From assembly GCA_002269645.1 (NCBI GenBank), contig NIVC01000023.1, positions 372,001 through 436,000 of the forward strand: a DNA stretch of 64,000 bases, read 5' to 3'. The notes beneath the pieces were generated by a model. It worked only from the letters and a program-made list of their open reading frames with translations. It was not told the origin of the DNA and did not search any database. The position numbers and the translations under genes are program-made. Shown here piece by piece: positions 58,530-64,000 of the stretch (position 1 is its first letter; each line of letters opens with the position of its first letter). This DNA comes from Macrostomum lignano (Eukaryota).

Positions 58530-59859
58530 TCAGCCACGGACAAAAAAATCGCCGCTGCTGGCACTGCTGAGAGCGAGCGGGACTACGGCATACTCCAGCA
58601 GGTGGCACTGGCCCTGCTGCTGGCTGAAGATCACCGCCTGACAGGCGGCGCCTTGGAGGACGCACATGAACACGCACTCGCTTCGATTAGGGGCGCTGAG
58701 GGTGGAGAATTCTGGCGCATTTGGTCTGTCGATGCTGACCAAGGTTCGGTTTCCAAGGACAAACAAGTTCTCATCTGCAATACGGGAGGGGGGCGTTGTG
58801 TTGAATGACTTCTGTGCGTTTCTAACCATGGACCACAGGCTTAAGCCCTCAGCTGCATGTAGATGCATCCAAAACCAACCTCTTTGCAATATTAATACAT
58901 ACCCTTAATTACCCCAGCTAATGCTGGCACCCATTTTACAGCTGGGTGAACTGAAGCAATGCAGAGTTGAGTGTCTCGCTCAATGGCACAAAATTGTTCC
59001 GAGTGGGATCGGGAATCGAACCTCCGACCTTTCAGTCGTGAGTCCGACGCTCGAATCACTAGCCTACAACCTCTACCTACTCGAAAGTGCTTGAAAATAA
59101 TTGAAAAATAGTTGCAAGTCTGATTTCCAACTCGTCATATCATCGGAGCTCTGCCTGTACACTAAAGCTCAATCTCTTAGCCTTTAACTAGCTTCCTGTA
59201 ATCACCATGAACAACTTGTTTAGTTGTTTGTGCTTAGTACGCTTAGTACCTAGTACGCCTTGTTTAGTACGCTCTAGAGCGGTGAATGGGCTTTCACCAT
59301 AGACAAAATTGGTCATGAGAAAATCCGATTTCTAGAGAGTATACGACATGCTCAGTTCTAAGAAACTAATCCTAATCCTGCTGTTAGGATTATTCTCGGT
59401 AGCTACCCAGAAATAAATTCCTGTAAACTTACTGCCAGCATATGTCAATTTTAGCACTCGATTTCGGTAAGGACCACCACAGTTTTGAGTCCTGTTACCG
59501 GTGCAGGTGTCCCAGCATTCCCAGTCAGGAGCCGCACCCTGCGAGCCGTAGGAGTTGCCGCAGCTGCACCAGTTTTCGCCTTGAAGCGTCATAAACTTGA
59601 AGCCGCCAAGTGAGCAGATGGTGCCGCACAGCTCGTGAGTCATTTGCCAACTCGACACGAAAACGTAACTTACATCAGTACCGTCAGGCCGTATGGTGTA
59701 ACGGCCAACCCGTGTCAGGCCCAGGTTTTTCAGTTTGCATATATCTCTCACACCATTCGTGTAGTCAACAAAGCAGCCGAGATCCGTGGTCTGAAACTGC
59801 CGACAAAGAGTGACGCAGATCAGGCTGCTCAGGATCGGGAAAATTCTATGGAGCGCCAT
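58530..59859 (-). CDS. Secreted WSC + PAN/apple-domain protein (~249 aa); exons 59859-59433 and 58852-58530
   Basis: Signal MALHRIFPILSSLICVTLC; WSC LGCFVD..MTHELCGTIC..LQGENWCSCGN..ECWDTCTGNRTQNCGGPYRNRV; phase-1 GTAAGT..CAG intron; PAN-like SECVFMCVLQGAACQAVIFSQQQGQCHL. Confidence 0.8.
58905..59072 (-). mobile_element. tRNA-headed CORE-SINE in the WSC-PAN intron
   Basis: Minus strand: A-box-like TAGGCTAGTG, perfect B-box GGTTCGATTCC (59022-59012), then GTGCCATTGAGCGAGACACTCAACTCTGCATTGCTTCAGTTCACCCAGCTGTAAAATGGG resembling the MIR/CORE consensus. Confidence 0.75.
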
Positions 59860-60169
59860 CAAGGCCAAAGCTTGAATCAGATCAGAATTCGAGAAATTTG
59901 CAGAGCCCGTTCGATTCTTAATGGATTTTTTATATTGCATTTTAAATTGAAATTGTCTTTTCGCCTGTCGTTTTGGTCCACACGGCTGGGTGGATACTGA
60001 TTGAAATCCATTATCAATCGAGAAACCTTTTTGACTCAAAGCTGTCGATTTTGCAAAAACGAAAAAAGCATTTTTCAATTTTCGCAAACCTCACTGAGTT
60101 GATTTAGACGGCTATGGTGAAAAGGATTTTTCATTCGTATCTAGGAAATATGATTTATAAAGTAAGTGC

Positions 60170-60743
60170 TGTAACCACGGCCTTGGCGTCTGAGTGCCTC
60201 GTCAATTAGACGGCTGCCTTGCCCCCCTGGGCTCTTGTTCTCTCTAGTACACAAGATATGTGACTTGCGACCCTTGGGTCGAGTGCGGCTTCTCCTGCCT
60301 CCTAGCACTGTCCATCATCACTACTATTATTCTATCACTCCCCTTCATCTCCATGTAAATCCCTTTATCCTCCCTATTTATTGCATCTGTCTCTCCCCTC
60401 GCTGTACTAGCTGTCTCATCTCTTTGCTGCGCCCTTTTGCCTCTGTTACATGTGTTGTGCATCCTAATACTCGTAATGCTATATCTTTTTACTCGAAGAA
60501 ATATATTCAATACATTTAACAACGTTTTCTCGATAGCCCGCCGCAACAATATGCATGCCTAACTTTGCCTAATTCTCACGTATCATCAAATCCAATGCGC
60601 AACTCTGACCCCCTATGTCCCCAAGCTTTTCCCACCTGTTAAGTAATCCCCTATCATAAATCATTTTCGCCGCTGTGCCCCACCCCAATTTCTCATCCAA
60701 TCACAGCGAGACGTCATCAGGTTTTTTTGGTAACAGAGGTAGG
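60170..60743 (+). mobile_element. Possible LTR remnant followed by a tRNAiMet-like primer-binding site
   Basis: TGTAAC at 60170, CATCA at 60715-60719, then TGGTAACAGAGG (60728-60739), 11/12 to the tRNAiMet PBS TGGTAGCAGAGG. No second LTR or gag ORF seen. Confidence 0.3.
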
Positions 60744-62734
60744 AGCCCGTTTTGAGTCCTGAGCATCATATCGTTCTTTCTTCACTTTCCTTCAATCGGG
60801 ACCTGTACGAGCTACTCGTTTTACTGTTTCCGCCCCTTGTGCTGTTTAGTTTGTTTTCCTGCGAGACCGGACTCCATACCCGAACCGCGGTGATCACCCC
60901 TAAGACTAATTTAATTTCCTCCGAATACTTTCATTATTGCTCCTAGATCCTCAGGAGCTTCCCAATAGACATTCGCTAACTGTCCTTCTTCCTCTTCCCT
61001 ATCTGTTGCCCACCAGATCTGGCTGATGCCCACCCCATTCCGAGACTTCCTGGATCATCCAGCGGCCACCGTGTGACCATATCTGACGACTACTGCTCCC
61101 AAGCAGCCCTGCCCGTCAGCCGTGTCTGTTCAGTTATTCCCCCCCTTGCGCTGTCTTTGAGTATCCTTAGCCAGGTCGTCTCCACCCCCATTGCTCTCAC
61201 CATTTTCTAATATTCCTCACAGTCTGCTTGACCGGGAGTCCCGTACGTCTCATCGTTAGTTTTTTTACCGCGCGGGTGTACATGTACTCCTGCACAGGTG
61301 ACTGGTGGCGGCCACGCTTCTGACGTGTACCATCAAAAAACTATGGGGCCCGCTGTCCAAATTAGGTATCTTGTTGGCCCGCTCAACGCCGTCAGCTACC
61401 GCACCATCCAGACATGGACAAAGTCTAGGGGACGAGGCCTGTTGGCTGTACTTTTCAGCGCCAAAGCCCAGGGATTTGCAGGTATTCTCATGCAGCTCGG
61501 GTTACGTCAGCTACATGTAGTATAATGACAGTAGTGAATCATAATTATGATTCAGAGTTTAACATGTACCACATGCTGAATGTAATATTGAAAAGAATCC
61601 GACACCTACAGACAAAAGACATACATCACGACAAAGCAGTCAATGCTGATGAATGATGATATAATAAGGGCCTGTAGCCAAGCTTAGACCAGAACACTTA
61701 GCTACTCAAGGCAGCTTCCGGTTAGATGGTAGGACGAGTAAAAGTAAAAGAGAATCAACTTATCATGCTTGTTCAAGTTTAGAGAAAAGTTTCCTGACTT
61801 TGATCAATATTCTCAGATAAGCTTGAAATGAAATGAATTCACCCAGTTGTGCTTACGTTAGACTATCTACGCGGCTTATTGAAGCGTATCGCTTCCTTAT
61901 ATCGAAGTTGATTCTTAGAATGATAGTTAGCTACTCGAAAAATAGTTAGTAGTTAGTTTTTCGAGCGAAAAATCGTTTTTTAATGAAGTCTGTGTCGGTA
62001 ATGTATTAGATAGATAATTGTGTTTGTATTGTATACAACAGTATTATATACAATTGTATTATTTTTATCGTATGATTCGTATTTATTGGCCTATTATGTA
62101 GTAGTGCCATTTTGCTATAGGCCTAGTGGTTTACATTTCAATTAGGTTTATGACTGTGTACGTGTAAGTGTAACATGTAGCTGCAGGCTAGGCCTACTTT
62201 ATTTTAGGCCTACAAGTACAACTGTGTATAGCTAGCCTAGACTAGAGGGCATACAGCATATTATAGGCATAGGTCTTCTTTGAATGTTACTGTGTAAATT
62301 TAATTAATTGTGCCTTTCTTGCTGCCTGTCTTTAGGGCCTATTTTAAGTTTTCAAGGGCCTTGAGTGCTAGAGTGACAGCAGCTAGACTAGGTCAGGATT
62401 GTGACAGGTCAGGTCAGGTCAGGCCCTATATACTCAGCAACATTGAAAGACACTTGTTATTTGCACTATACCATATACTATTGTTATTTACATGGTAGGC
62501 CTAACTAAAATAAATATTAGTTTTATATACTGTGACATTATGTATGTGTGTGTACTTGTCTTATAGGCCCTACTATAGGTATAGCTATGGTCCAGTTATA
62601 TTTGAATAAATTGCATTTTCATTTGTTTCTTTTGAAACACAGTTTCTTTTGTACTTAAAATTATTAATAGGCCCTAGTATTAAGCTAATAAAAGTGCTAA
62701 GCTATAAACATATAAATCATGCCTAAGCTCTGGC

Positions 62735-63988
62735 TAGGGCTTATCTGGGTTTTTAAGGTTGGAAATCCAGTTGCCAGCTGGCCTATAGGGCTCAAAATAC
62801 AGTTGCCAATGGCTATTTTTGGTTGCCTATTGGCAATTAGCTAAATTCTTGAAGATAGATATTTCTTGCTTATGTTTTAAACAAGAGAATATCTAAGAGA
62901 GAATATCTAAGAGAATAGATATTTAAACAATTAAACTTAACTAAATTATGAATAATATTTGTTGCTAATAACAATATTAGTCTAAACTAATAATGGTTAA
63001 TGCTATTATATTGATTCATATGGCATTCTTAATTTAATTATAAAATCATTTTTTGAAGTCAGCAACTAGCATGGAAAAAATGAAGTTGGGCAATTCCATA
63101 TAATTATGGTCGTAACATGACAGGCTTTTTTTACTTATAAAATGAAATCTAATAATAGAATACACTAAACCAATATTTTAAATGAAAGATTTTTTTGTCA
63201 AGAATATTTTTATAGAGTTTCATGTAGATATCATCATTAATATAGATGCTATTAAACCTTGAATGGCACTTCTGGTCGTAACGACAGGATTTTTGACAGA
63301 TAGAAACTAAAAGGTAAAAGTCTTATAACATTTTTCATTTTTGATATTTTGCAATAAATTTTTTAAAATTCGACTAAGAACATCTTCAGAAATCATACTC
63401 TTTTTGTAGAATATATAAACTCAAAAAGGCAACAAAGATACAAAAGAAAAGGCAGCCTTATGGTCGTAACATTCTGGTCGTAACATATTTTGTTCTGTCA
63501 ATTCAGTAACTTAGAGGTACCAATATATTAAAAATATAATTGATTATTTGTTCATCAATACTTTTATCTGATGATGCAAGTACTATACTTTTATCTATAG
63601 TTTGTTTCAACCTTCCAAAGCTTTCTATTTGTTTTTAAAAGGTTCACAAACTTAATGATGTCTTTTGCTTAAAAAACTGTCCAAATTTTTACAAAAATTA
63701 CTTTTTGCCACTTGATAACATACTAATCTAACATTTTATCATTCATTTATTCTTAGATTGTAGATGTTACACATAAAAACATTTGGTAAAAAAATTGGCT
63801 AATCAGGCAGTGGCAAGCAAAAATATTGACTTTTTTCTATTTTCCAAATATGTCCATCTTATATGGAATGAGCCAGTTGCCAGATTGGCCTCTTATAGTC
63901 TTATACCAAAAATCTAATTGTCAATAAAATTTTCAAAAGGCCAAAAACCCCATATCGGCATATAGCCCAAAAACCCAGTCTAAACTCA
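62735..63988. mobile_element. Possible AT-rich non-autonomous DNA transposon
   Basis: Inverted CTGGGTTTTT / AAAAACCCAG near the ends, subterminal CCAGTTGCCAG at both ends, internal TGGTCGTAAC x4; no TSD found. Confidence 0.3.
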
Positions 63989-64000
63989 ATTTATTGGCTT

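Overview
Eukaryotic (metazoan) genomic DNA, not prokaryotic: GC-rich spliced exons sit in AT-rich, minisatellite-packed introns and spacers. The style (polyQ/polyG exons, a different minisatellite in almost every intron) resembles a free-living flatworm such as Macrostomum, but this is inference only. Gene models assembled by hand from GT-AG sites with consistent phases: GTF2H4/TFIIH p52 (+, 5 exons), RNF168/169-like RING E3 (+, 2 exons), intronless RhoU/V-like GTPase (+), synaptotagmin-12-like (+, 7 exons), a ~975-aa EGF/D8C/VWD-like surface protein (+), a disabled-looking CAP/SCP gene (-), an orphan Trp-heptad coiled-coil ORF (+), a secreted WSC+PAN protein (-) and a LamG+EGF-like ORF (-). 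Mobile DNA: a 5'-truncated RTE-type LINE nested inside two DNA-transposon remnants, a near full-length but disabled APE-RT-RNase H LINE (LOA/R1-like), two tRNA-derived SINE families (one a CORE-SINE) and several MITEs. About 25 tandem arrays cover roughly 15 kb and explain most long ORFs in the track. Top leads: (1) a 143-aa protein with all nine Trp in one heptad register; (2) a RhoU-like GTPase with natural G12S- and Q61L-equivalent substitutions; (3) strong enrichment of TACATGTA, the classic Tc1/Tc3 excision footprint; (4) the one-intron/one-minisatellite architecture.
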